From Candidatus Latescibacterota bacterium (lineage in GTDB: Bacteria > Latescibacterota > UBA2968), in the NCBI GenBank assembly GCA_965208125.1, contig OZ242320.1, forward strand, positions 4,320,001 to 4,384,000: 64,000 nucleotides of DNA, read 5' to 3'. A model generated the notes under the pieces. The model did no database searches and had not been told where the DNA came from. It saw nothing but the letters and a program-made list of their open reading frames with translations. Both the position numbers and the translations under genes were made by a program. This document shows, piece after piece, positions 47,970-56,868 of this stretch (its first letter is position 1; each line of letters starts with the position of its first letter).

Positions 47970-48046
47970 AACTACGGGATTAACGAACAGTTACGGTAAT
48001 ACATACCAAATCTATCTATCTCCGCACGTGCGGGAATTCTTCCCTT
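47970..48046 (-). other. Primary attI-like site at the 3' end of the recombinase gene
   Basis: The first cassette begins at minus-strand G/TTACGCGC (47972), with no attC-type hairpin upstream; the sequence recurs at 36611 and 11839. Confidence 0.75.
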
Positions 48047-48842
48047 CAAAGGTTGTATCCCGAACATGTTCGGGAATGCTTCCTATGGAGGCATCATTTC
48101 TATTCAGAACCCGCCTCCTTTCCTCCATCAACGCATCCAACGGACTCTGGATCTTTGCGATATCCCGATTTGTCACCCGCGTATAAATCTGGGTGGTCTT
48201 TGGACTTTTATGCCCGAGCAGTTCCTGGATATACCGAAGATCTGTTCCGTGTTCAAGCAGGTGGGTAGCAAAAGAATGCCGTAACGTGTGTACCGACACA
48301 CGCTTGTTAATCTTGGCTTTTTTATAAGCGCGGTCAAAAATTTTTTGAACCGACCGTTCAGTTAAATGCAGTCCCGGTTTGGCACCCGGAAATAGCCATG
48401 TTTGGGGTTGATATTGGCACTTGTAATCTTGCACCGCCTTCTGGGCAAATTTGGAGAGCATCGTGTACCGATCCTTCCGGCGCTTGCCTTGACGGATATG
48501 AATCAATTTTCGATCCAGGTCGATATCCTCGACCTTCAGCCGGACCACCTCACCCAGACGAAGACCTCCGGAATACGTCAGCAGCATAATCGTCTGGTGT
48601 TTCAGGTTCTTTACTGCATTGAGGAGTCGAAGTACTTCTGCCTGGCTCAACACAGTGGGCAATTTATGCTCTTTTTGAGAACGGGGCAGATTTTCAAGAG
48701 GATATTGATATTTTAACACTCGTTGGAATAGGAATTTCAGGGCACTTACACACTGATTGACGTAACTGTGAGAAGCTCCCTTTTCAAGCAGATGATACAC
48801 ATAAGCTTTATATTTTGGCGATTTTAGATGTTGATATTCCAT
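48012..48842 (-). CDS. Tyrosine recombinase/integrase lacking the IntI-specific insertion
   Basis: GLRLGE, GKRRKDR, HTLRHSFATHLLE, LLGH and IYT; only 59 aa between KDR and HTLRH. Confidence 0.92.
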   Translation of the reverse strand: MEYQHLKSPKYKAYVYHLLEKGASHSYVNQCVSALKFLFQRVLKYQYPLENLPRSQKEHKLPTVLSQAEVLRLLNAVKNLKHQTIMLLTYSGGLRLGEVVRLKVEDIDLDRKLIHIRQGKRRKDRYTMLSKFAQKAVQDYKCQYQPQTWLFPGAKPGLHLTERSVQKIFDRAYKKAKINKRVSVHTLRHSFATHLLEHGTDLRYIQELLGHKSPKTTQIYTRVTNRDIAKIQSPLDALMEERRRVLNRNDASIGSIPEHVRDTTFEGKNSRTCGDR

Positions 48843-49101
48843 TGAGGTCTCCTTTCGGCTTTGCGTTCTAAAATTTGTTTGGCTTTGCTTACAAACAAAT
48901 CCTGTGCCGTAGAGACCGCCAATAAGGAACGTTTGACGAACCTTTTGTGAAACAGTGAGTTATGTACTTTCTGCTTCAGATGGGAAAATCTGCTTTATTA
49001 AACAGAATGTTCAGTTGGATGATTTGCTTGAAAACAGACCGTTCAACATTGTATGAAATTTACACAGACCAGATTTCAAAAACTGTCTGAAGTATTATAG
49101 G

Positions 49102-49851
49102 TCAAATTTCGGTCTTTTCCTTCAGGGAGAGAAGTTGATCGCGCAGTTCTGCGGCGCGTTCGAAGTCTTCGAGGCCCACGGCTTCGCGGATCTGGTCGCG
49201 CAGGTCCTGGGATAGGGATTTGGGGCGGTCGCGGCGAATCTCGTCTGCCCACTCCTGGAGGAAGGCAATTTCTTCGCTTTCGTCAATGAGGTCGTGCCGA
49301 TCAAATTCCCTGAAGAAGGCTCGGAGTTCGTCTATGCCTTCGTCGATTTTTGACAGTGCCATATCGTAGGCTTCGCGTTCGAGATACATCAGGACTTCAG
49401 CCCGTACGCGGTGTCCAATGACAAAGGGACGATAGTGCTCAAACGCCATGCGGTCTTCCTCGTCTTCCGCGTATTCTTTGACAAAGTCGAATAGTTCGAG
49501 GTTGCGTTCGGCGTCTTTTTTGGCGTTGAGATATTCGCCTATTTCGAGAAAGCTAATGCGGCGATGATAATATTGGAGGGCTTCCATTTGGAGTTCCATA
49601 CAGTTTTCAGAATTGAGCACAAAGTTTTCTGGACCGCGTTTTTGAGCCTGTGCTTTGTAATAGTGCAAGAGCGATTCATGCCCTTCGGGACGTTGGCCGT
49701 CGGGGCGACCGGTGACATCCATTTGTAGGATGCCCATTTCGATGCGGAGTTGAACTTTGGCGCGACCATCATTTCCTCTGATTTTGCGAACACACAATTG
49801 CCCGGGTTCACAGGGCCAGTCATCCAGAAGAGGCTGAATATCTTTACTCAT
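49102..49851 (-). CDS. UvrB/UvrC-motif-containing protein
   Basis: C-terminal EDFERAAELRDQL; N-terminal GRPDG. Confidence 0.85.
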   Translation of the reverse strand: MSKDIQPLLDDWPCEPGQLCVRKIRGNDGRAKVQLRIEMGILQMDVTGRPDGQRPEGHESLLHYYKAQAQKRGPENFVLNSENCMELQMEALQYYHRRISFLEIGEYLNAKKDAERNLELFDFVKEYAEDEEDRMAFEHYRPFVIGHRVRAEVLMYLEREAYDMALSKIDEGIDELRAFFREFDRHDLIDESEEIAFLQEWADEIRRDRPKSLSQDLRDQIREAVGLEDFERAAELRDQLLSLKEKTEI

Positions 49852-50029
49852 CGGTGCGTATCCTCCATTGATAAATTGTATGAGGAAAATAAGCTCGAAT
49901 GCAGTTTACGATAATCACTATATGTTGTCAAGAAATTAGCGGAAAGAAGTGAGAAGTAAGAAGAGAGAAGGAAGAGGACCACCCCCACCGCTCACCCTGT
50001 ATAACACCCCGTGGGGATTCTGTCATACT

Positions 50030-51076
50030 TCATCTCACTTCAGGTATTGACACACTCAGTTCATTTGCTGTTTCGACCGTGTTGTCCCAGGTTTCGTCTT
50101 CGATAAAGACACCTTCTGCTTCGCGTTTGACGCGTGTGTCGTGTTCGATTTCTCCCGGGAGATAGATTTTATCGACATCGGGCTGGGTGCGAGAGGACTT
50201 GATCCAGTCGCAGAGACGTCCAATTTCGTTGAGGTAGTCAGAGAGGTCGATAAAGCTGTCGATTTTGATGGCGATGGCGATATAGCCACTGCCGCCTCGC
50301 GTGGGTTGTTCCGAACTGCATCCCGCCCATGAGAGACCGCCCGCGATGGCGTCGATCATCATGCCCAGGCCATATCCCTTGTGGCCCTGAGGTCCGCCCA
50401 GGGGCAGCATTGCCACATCGCTGCCTTTGAAGCGATTGGGGTCATTCACGGGATTGCCGTCTGCATCTACGAGCCAGCCATCGGGTGTTTGTTGCCCGCG
50501 CGCGCGATACACATCGACTTTGCCACCGGCAGACATGCTGGTGGTTATGTCGAGCATGAGGGGAGGACCGTGGGGGGTGGGGGCGCTGAAGGCTATGGGA
50601 TTGGGGGGGAGGCGTCGGCTCGTGCCGCCAAAGGGGGCGGTAAAGCGTCCGCCGCCATTGAGCATGAGCAAGCCAATGCAGTTGCGTTCAGCCGCTTTGG
50701 GCGGATAATCGCCCAGGCGACCAATGTGACTGGAGCGGTGAACGGCGATGGCGCCGATGGTGTGTTCGAGGGCGCGGTCGGTAGCCATTTGCATGGCTTT
50801 GTGAGCGACGACAATGCCGATGGTGCGTTCGGCATCAATGACGGCTGAGACGGGGGTTTCTCGAATAATTTTGAGTTCATGTACGGGTTTAATGTTGCCG
50901 CTTGTGATGGCGCGGATATAGCCCGGCGTGCGAATAACACCGTGCGAATCGTGCCCGTAGAGGTTGGCATCCACGAGGTGGTCGGCTACGATGTGGGCTT
51001 GATCTTCGGGAAATCCCGCAGCGCTGTAGAGTTCGCGTTGCAGGGTTCGAAGGTGCGTTGCGTCAATAATGGGCAT
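50030..51076 (-). CDS. Ldh_2 family (malate/L-lactate/sulfolactate) dehydrogenase
   Basis: GHDSHG, HIGRLG, NPIA, GHKGYGL and LPGE motifs. Confidence 0.9.
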   Translation of the reverse strand: MPIIDATHLRTLQRELYSAAGFPEDQAHIVADHLVDANLYGHDSHGVIRTPGYIRAITSGNIKPVHELKIIRETPVSAVIDAERTIGIVVAHKAMQMATDRALEHTIGAIAVHRSSHIGRLGDYPPKAAERNCIGLLMLNGGGRFTAPFGGTSRRLPPNPIAFSAPTPHGPPLMLDITTSMSAGGKVDVYRARGQQTPDGWLVDADGNPVNDPNRFKGSDVAMLPLGGPQGHKGYGLGMMIDAIAGGLSWAGCSSEQPTRGGSGYIAIAIKIDSFIDLSDYLNEIGRLCDWIKSSRTQPDVDKIYLPGEIEHDTRVKREAEGVFIEDETWDNTVETANELSVSIPEVR

Positions 51077-51123
51077 ATAGTTATGTCCTTTCGAAAAGGA
51101 TGAGCGCGTGTGCCGGAATCCGT

Positions 51124-52275
51124 CTATTGGATCGCTTGACGAACCCAATCGAGCGCGGAGAGCGGCATGATGCCGTAGTTGTAAAAGGCGAATTTGGTCA
51201 CGCCTTGTTCTCGGGCCGCCTGAAGATTGGCACAGAGGGTTTCTGCATTGGGGGAGGCTGGGGGATAGGCTTGAAGTCCGACAACGAGTTGGTCTGGACT
51301 CTGGATGATAGGTAAGAGTTCTGAGACTCGCGTTCTGGTGCGTTGGGGATCAGCAGTATAAGAAAGAATTTCTACACTGTCAGCAATTTGTGCAATGGCT
51401 TTGGGGTTCGATCCCGTGATTGTTGAATCGCCCATCAAGATATAGGAGAGTGGAACATTAATGGACGCTTTGAGTTCGCGCACGAGGGATGTGACAATTT
51501 CTTCGCGCATGGCGTCAAATGCTTCGAGATAGGGTGTTGTGCGTTTGAGTTCTGTGATCGTTTCTCGAACGGGTTGACCGGTTTCAAATGCCGTGCGGAT
51601 TTTCGCGGTGACAGCGCTTTGTAGCTGGGCTATGTCGATATTGGCTTCCATCGCCTGTTTTTTGCAGCTGTCGCAGAAACAGAGCGAGAAGAGGAAGCGT
51701 CCGCCAGAGCCCAGGTCAATACCGTGTTTGGCGTGGTAGTGCAGATGGCCCCAACCGGAGTAGGCGAGAGATTCGCATTCGAGAAGGGAGATGCCATAGT
51801 TGTGAACCAGATCGCGAGAAAGCGCGATGGCAAAGGCACGCACGTCTGGATTTGCAGGGCAGAGAGCAGATGTGCTGATGTCACCTGTACAGCGGACTTC
51901 GGCACATTCGGGATGGGATTGCGCCTGATGGGAGTTGTGAAAAAAGACGGTCCATGAATTGAGATTTATACCAGCGGATGCTGCTGCTTTTGATGCTTCG
52001 CCCCACCAGTTTTCGTTTTGCATCAAAGGGCTAACATGTGGTTTGATTGCGCGGTAAAGCGATTCCTGTGGCTGAAAATAAATTGCTGCTTGTGAGACTT
52101 CGAGTGTGTTATTGGCGGGGAGATGGGGACGCAGCATGTCAAAGGTGTGGTAAGCCGATGCGAGGTTGATGGCGTCGAGTTTAACCTCTTCGCGGAGTTT
52201 GTGGAGAACGGCGTCATAACCTTCGTCGCGTAAATCCCAGGGATAAGTCCACATGGTGGCGTTGAGTGCAGGCAT
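51124..52275 (-). CDS. Hypothetical protein (possible TIM-barrel glycoside hydrolase-like)
   Basis: WTYPWD, LCPANP and FYNYG motifs. Confidence 0.65.
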   Translation of the reverse strand: MPALNATMWTYPWDLRDEGYDAVLHKLREEVKLDAINLASAYHTFDMLRPHLPANNTLEVSQAAIYFQPQESLYRAIKPHVSPLMQNENWWGEASKAAASAGINLNSWTVFFHNSHQAQSHPECAEVRCTGDISTSALCPANPDVRAFAIALSRDLVHNYGISLLECESLAYSGWGHLHYHAKHGIDLGSGGRFLFSLCFCDSCKKQAMEANIDIAQLQSAVTAKIRTAFETGQPVRETITELKRTTPYLEAFDAMREEIVTSLVRELKASINVPLSYILMGDSTITGSNPKAIAQIADSVEILSYTADPQRTRTRVSELLPIIQSPDQLVVGLQAYPPASPNAETLCANLQAAREQGVTKFAFYNYGIMPLSALDWVRQAIQ

Positions 52276-52359
52276 AGGGATGTTCCTTTCTCTGTTTAAG
52301 ACATGGTATTTTCGTTTTGAATAATTTCAAAGTGATTTTTGAAACGGGTTGAAAGAGGA

Positions 52360-52388
52360 TTGACTTTTTTCCTAAAATATGGTATAAC
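52360..52388 (+). promoter_or_regulatory. Sigma70-type promoter
   Basis: TTGACT-N17-TATAAC with a TGn extended -10. Confidence 0.7.
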
Positions 52389-52409
52389 CTGTTTTGTATT
52401 CAACATTGT

Positions 52410-53435
52410 TTGGAGGAATGGATGACAAAACTCGGATTGGGTGTGATTGGATGCGGCAATATGGGCGCGAGTCTGGCCAATGGCGCGCGGGAATTGGACT
52501 GCGCTGAGGTGGTTTGTGTCAGCGATATAGATGAAGAAAAGGGCCGGGCGCTATCTGAGAAAATGGACTGCGATTACGAGGTAGATTACCACACCATGCT
52601 GGCGCGGGAGGATGTGCAGGCTGTCATGATTGCCACGCCGCCGTTTTTGCATATTGAACCCACGACAGCAGCAGCCCGAGTGGGCGTGCATGTGTTTTGC
52701 GAGAAGCCCATGTCGCCGACGCTGGCAGGGTGTGATGCGATGATCGCCGCGTGTGAACAAGGTGGGGTTAAGTTGGGTATTGGGCTGGTATGTCGCTTTC
52801 ACCCGGTGCATCGCAAGGTGCGCGATTTGGCTCGCGGGGGCGATTTGGGAACGCCTTTGTGTTTGATGGTTCATCGCCTGGGGGGTGGTTGGGGCGGTGT
52901 GTGGTCTGCAACATGGCGGGAATCAAGAGCCAAAAGTGGCGGTACGTTGATGGAAGTGAATGCGCATGAAATCGATTTTATGCGTTTTGTGATGGGCGAT
53001 GCGGAATCGGTTTCTGCGGTGGGTGGACAGTTCGTGCAGATGGAGACGGATTTTCCAGATGTGGCACTCGTTTCCATCCGGTTTAAAAACGGTGGGGTAG
53101 GGGTATTGCATTCGAGTCAGGCAAGTGCTATTGGCGGTTATGGCGGGCGGTTGGATTGCGGCAAGGGTTCGGTGGTCTTTCCTTCGTTTTGGGGAGGTGA
53201 AGGTGGTTTGCGCTACAAGCGATACGACGGTCGTGAAACGGCGGTTGCCGCATCGGAGTTATCGCAAGATGAAAGCCCGGTGAGTCAGGAGGTCCGCGCG
53301 TTTTGCGAAGCAGTGATCAATGAGGAGGATCCACCGGTGTCTGGTGCAGATGGTCGGGCAGCTGTGGAAATTGCATTGGCTGCTTATCAGTCCATTGAAA
53401 CGGGCGAAGCGATTGCGCTTCCATTTGAGGAATGA
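52410..53435 (+). CDS. Gfo/Idh/MocA oxidoreductase
   Basis: GVIGCGNMG and CEKP motifs. Confidence 0.92.
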   Translation: MEEWMTKLGLGVIGCGNMGASLANGARELDCAEVVCVSDIDEEKGRALSEKMDCDYEVDYHTMLAREDVQAVMIATPPFLHIEPTTAAARVGVHVFCEKPMSPTLAGCDAMIAACEQGGVKLGIGLVCRFHPVHRKVRDLARGGDLGTPLCLMVHRLGGGWGGVWSATWRESRAKSGGTLMEVNAHEIDFMRFVMGDAESVSAVGGQFVQMETDFPDVALVSIRFKNGGVGVLHSSQASAIGGYGGRLDCGKGSVVFPSFWGGEGGLRYKRYDGRETAVAASELSQDESPVSQEVRAFCEAVINEEDPPVSGADGRAAVEIALAAYQSIETGEAIALPFEE

Positions 53436-53441
53436 GATATC

Positions 53442-54680
53442 ATGGCACGAAAATTTGAGATTCCAGAGTTTTACAAAAGTCCGATTATTTCGCAGGTTAA
53501 AAGAGCGCGACAATTATCGGATCCCAAAAAGCGCGATTTGCAGCCCTCGGTGTTGGATTTTGGGCCTGTGCGATTTTTTTTGGCGCGGCATTTTGGGTTT
53601 TGCTTTGGTGTGGAGAATGCGATTGAAATTGCGTATAAAACCCTGGAAGCCCATTCAGATCGGCGTGTGTTTTTCCTTAGTGAGATGATTCACAATCCCA
53701 ATGTGAACGCAGATTTGCAGGATCGCGGCGTGCAGTTTATGTTTACGCCGTCCGGGGAACAGCTCATTCCGTGGGACGAGCTTGTACCCGAAGATATCGT
53801 GGTGGTGCCAGCTTTTGGTACGACTGTGGGAACGCAAGAGGAATTGGCTCGGCGGGGGATTGATCCATATCAGTATAATACCACATGTCCATTTGTCGAA
53901 AGGGTGTGGAAGCGCAGTGCCCAATTGGGCGATGGGGATTATACTGTTATCATTCACGGGAAGACCATACACGAAGAGACGCGAGCGACTTTTTCTCACG
54001 CGGTTCAAAATGCAGAGGTCGTAGCTGTACTGAATTTGAAAGAGGCGCGCATTCTATCAGATATTATTCGGGGCAAACGCGATCTCGGTGCTTTTGAACG
54101 GTATTTTAGACACAAGTGCTCACAGGGATTTGACCCCAGTATCCATTTGTCGCGCATCGGTGTGGTGAATCAGACGACGATGTTGGCTACTGAAACGCAT
54201 AAAATAGCTGAGATCATTCGGCAGGCACTCATAGATCGGTATGGAGCGGAGAATATCGACGATCATTTTGCGGATACGTCAGATACGCTTTGTTATGCTA
54301 CCAACGAGAATCAGAATGCGACATACACGCTTATTGAGCAAGGAGCAGATCTCGCTCTGGTTGTAGGGGGCTACAATTCTTCGAATACGTCGCATATTGT
54401 GGAATTGTGCGAGGAAGCCATGCCGACGTTTTTTGTGAAGGATGCCGAGGAATTGATTTCAGAACGCGAAATTCGGCACTATTGCCTCAGGTCGCACGGG
54501 GTGGAGGTTGCCGAGAATTGGTTGCCCGATAAAAGACCTGTGGATATTGCACTGACATGTGGTGCCTCGTGTCCCGATGCCGTGGTGGATGGTGTGCTGT
54601 TGCGCGTGTTGTCTTTTTTTTCCGATGTGCGGGATGTGAATGATGCGCTGGCGTTGTACAGGGCGATGGAGCCTGTGTAA
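53442..54680 (+). CDS. ispH: 4-hydroxy-3-methylbut-2-enyl diphosphate reductase
   Basis: GFCFGV, TCPFV, TLCYAT, NQTT and NSSN motifs. Confidence 0.95.
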   Translation: MARKFEIPEFYKSPIISQVKRARQLSDPKKRDLQPSVLDFGPVRFFLARHFGFCFGVENAIEIAYKTLEAHSDRRVFFLSEMIHNPNVNADLQDRGVQFMFTPSGEQLIPWDELVPEDIVVVPAFGTTVGTQEELARRGIDPYQYNTTCPFVERVWKRSAQLGDGDYTVIIHGKTIHEETRATFSHAVQNAEVVAVLNLKEARILSDIIRGKRDLGAFERYFRHKCSQGFDPSIHLSRIGVVNQTTMLATETHKIAEIIRQALIDRYGAENIDDHFADTSDTLCYATNENQNATYTLIEQGADLALVVGGYNSSNTSHIVELCEEAMPTFFVKDAEELISEREIRHYCLRSHGVEVAENWLPDKRPVDIALTCGASCPDAVVDGVLLRVLSFFSDVRDVNDALALYRAMEPV

Positions 54681-54687
54681 TACGGGG

Positions 54688-55143
54688 TTACTCCTCTCCT
54701 AAGACTTCGAGAAGCCTGCGAACTTTTTCCAGTGACTCCTTTGTTTGCAAGCGTAGTAGTGCAGAAAGCACAGCTTTTCCGTCTTCAGAAGACAGTAAAA
54801 TATTCAGTTCTCTGAGTTGTTCTGTTGTGAGTGTATTAATCCGGTCACTTACAATACTACTCAGTTCGGGATCGCGCTCTTGCGGGTAAACGATAGTTGT
54901 TGTACCCAAAAGGACATCCGGCGAGACGCCCAAAGCAGTAGCAATAGCGACCAGAGTATCGGTTCGGGGCACCTTTGTCTCTGCTTCAATGCGAGATACT
55001 GTTGCCTGGTCAATATTGGCCGCATTGGCGAGGTCGAGTTGAGACCAGTCTTTTGCGTGCCGTAATTCCCTTATTTTTCGTCCAGTTACAATCATAAATG
55101 AAAAATAAGGTAATTTTATGGGTTTATTTATGTTCATAGGCAT
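54688..55143 (-). CDS. XRE-family HTH regulator
   Basis: IRELR...SQLDLA...TVSRIE. Confidence 0.85.
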   Translation of the reverse strand: MPMNINKPIKLPYFSFMIVTGRKIRELRHAKDWSQLDLANAANIDQATVSRIEAETKVPRTDTLVAIATALGVSPDVLLGTTTIVYPQERDPELSSIVSDRINTLTTEQLRELNILLSSEDGKAVLSALLRLQTKESLEKVRRLLEVLGEE

Positions 55144-55207
55144 ATATTGCGATTAAAAATATGTATTTATACATATTACACGTTTGCATTTTTGGACTGG
55201 AGCCGCT

Positions 55208-56003
55208 ATGAGAAAAATGTATTGGACAGACCTGAGGACTTCTAAAATTCAGTGTGCAAACACAGACGGTTCAGATGTCGAAGATCTCGTTGCTACTGGA
55301 TTGCGTATTCCAAATAGCATCGCCGTGGATGAGGATGAGGGGAAGATGTACTGGACGGATGCAGGGGCGTCCAAAATTCAGCGTGCAAATACAGACGGTT
55401 CAGATGTCGAAGATCTCATCACTACTGATGTGTATCTTCCAGGTGGAATGACGGTGCATAAAAAAAAAGATATATTGGACAGACGCGGCTTGGGGAGAGA
55501 CCATGGGGTGCAAAGTACAACGAGCGGACCTGGATGGCTCTCATGTCGAAACTCTCGTTTTCACCGAAATGAGTATTCCCAACGGTATCGTCCTGGATCT
55601 GGACATGGGTAAGATATACTGGACAGACTTAACTAAAATTCAACGAGCAGACCTGGATGGCTCCGATGTTGAAACTCTCGTTTTCACCGAATTACTGCCA
55701 TTAGGGATTGCCTTAGATGTAGGTGAAGAGAAGATGTACTGGACGAACTATAAGGGTGCTGGCGTGTCTAAAATTCAACGAGCGAACACAGATGGCTCCG
55801 ATGTTGAAGATCTCGTTACCGTGGGGTTGGATCGCCCGTCGGGAATTGCTCTGGATGTCGTCAAAGGGAAGATGTACTGGGGGGACTATGACAACTATGG
55901 CACGGCTAAAATTCAATGTGCAAATTTAGATGGTTCAGATGTTGAAGATCTTGTTACTACGGGATTGGATCGCCCATCGGGTATTGCACTGTGCTGCTTC
56001 TAA
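55208..56003 (+). pseudogene. YWTD (LDL-receptor class B) repeat beta-propeller protein, frameshift in an A9 tract
   Basis: Six KMYWTD-type repeats; A8 instead of A9 at 55460-55468 gives a continuous HKKKIYWTD. Confidence 0.85.
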
Positions 56004-56023
56004 TACCTCCACCTTTTCAAGGG

Positions 56024-56052
56024 TTGACTTTCGCTTTTGCATGCGCTATATT
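56024..56052 (+). promoter_or_regulatory. Sigma70-type promoter
   Basis: TTGACT-N17-TATATT. Confidence 0.65.
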
Positions 56053-56058
56053 GGAACC

Positions 56059-56307
56059 ACACAAGAAAGGAGGTGGTCGAATGAGTGAAATGACCAGTGG
56101 AGGTGGCTGTCGTTAGGTGCGCCTCTGCCAGGAGCGGGAATAGCATCTCGAATGGTAGCGCACCTGGCAATCCAAGACAGCCATCGAGCGGTTTGTTATC
56201 TGCCATATTGGCGATTTTTTAATAGTCGCGAGGCAGAAACTTCCGTCAGACGATGCGCCGCACGGAGATGGGTCGGTTTTCCGACACCCGACGTGTGGCG
56301 CTTTTTT
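56059..56307 (+). ncRNA. Candidate structured RNA / small-peptide transcript
   Basis: Own promoter, three long hairpins, terminal T-tract, and AGGAGGT followed by an 11-codon ORF. Confidence 0.5.
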
Positions 56308-56320
56308 ATGGGTTTCTAAC

Positions 56321-56348
56321 TTGACAAAATTGGATTATACTGTACCTT
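56321..56348 (+). promoter_or_regulatory. Probable rplM promoter
   Basis: TTGACA-N16-TACCTT. Confidence 0.45.
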
Positions 56349-56423
56349 CAAAGGCTTAAAGATTTCAAAATCAGGAGAGGAGGTGAGCGAGTTGCGCCGT
56401 AACCATGCGGCGCGATTGAGACG

Positions 56424-56855
56424 ATGATGACACCGAGTGCCAAAAAAGGTGATGTTGAACAAGTCTGGTATGTCGCCGATGCGGAAGGCAAGATACTGGG
56501 GCGATTTGCCAGTGGCGTTGCCAGAATTTTGCGCGGCAAACACAAGCCTTTTTATACCCCCCACGTCGATACGGGGGATCATGTGATTATTGTAAATGCC
56601 GAAAAAATACAGGTGAAGGGCAATAACAAAGCCCAGCAGAAGGTTTATACGAGCTATAGTGGGTATCCCGGCGGGCTTAAGAAGCAAACGCTGGAAGACG
56701 CGCTGGAAAAGCGCCCCGCATTTGTACTCGAGCACGCGATTCGGGGCATGTTGCCCCACAACAAATTGGGGCGGCAGATGATCAAAAAGGTCCGTATTTA
56801 CGCCGGGCCAGAGCACCCACACCAGGCTCAGTCTCCTGAGTCTATTGATTTATAG
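56424..56855 (+). CDS. rplM: 50S ribosomal protein L13
   Basis: [17 protein letters not shown] and GMLP motifs. Confidence 0.98.
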   Translation: MMTPSAKKGDVEQVWYVADAEGKILGRFASGVARILRGKHKPFYTPHVDTGDHVIIVNAEKIQVKGNNKAQQKVYTSYSGYPGGLKKQTLEDALEKRPAFVLEHAIRGMLPHNKLGRQMIKKVRIYAGPEHPHQAQSPESIDL

Positions 56856-56868
56856 AGGAGGTGATTAT

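Noticed and set aside
48012-48842. Calling the recombinase intI or xerC/xerD
   Set aside because: It lacks the IntI insertion; its truncated N-terminus and array context do not support a housekeeping Xer call, so no symbol was assigned.
48940-49090. LexA box upstream of the recombinase
   Set aside because: The AAACAG..GTTCA direct repeats fit neither CTGT-N8-ACAG nor GAAC-N4-GTTC spacing; CGAACATGTTCG at 48061 has only a 2-nt spacer.
56114-56143. Pyrrolysine read-through of TAG followed by a hairpin
   Set aside because: A second in-frame TAG follows nine codons later, and no pyl genes are visible.
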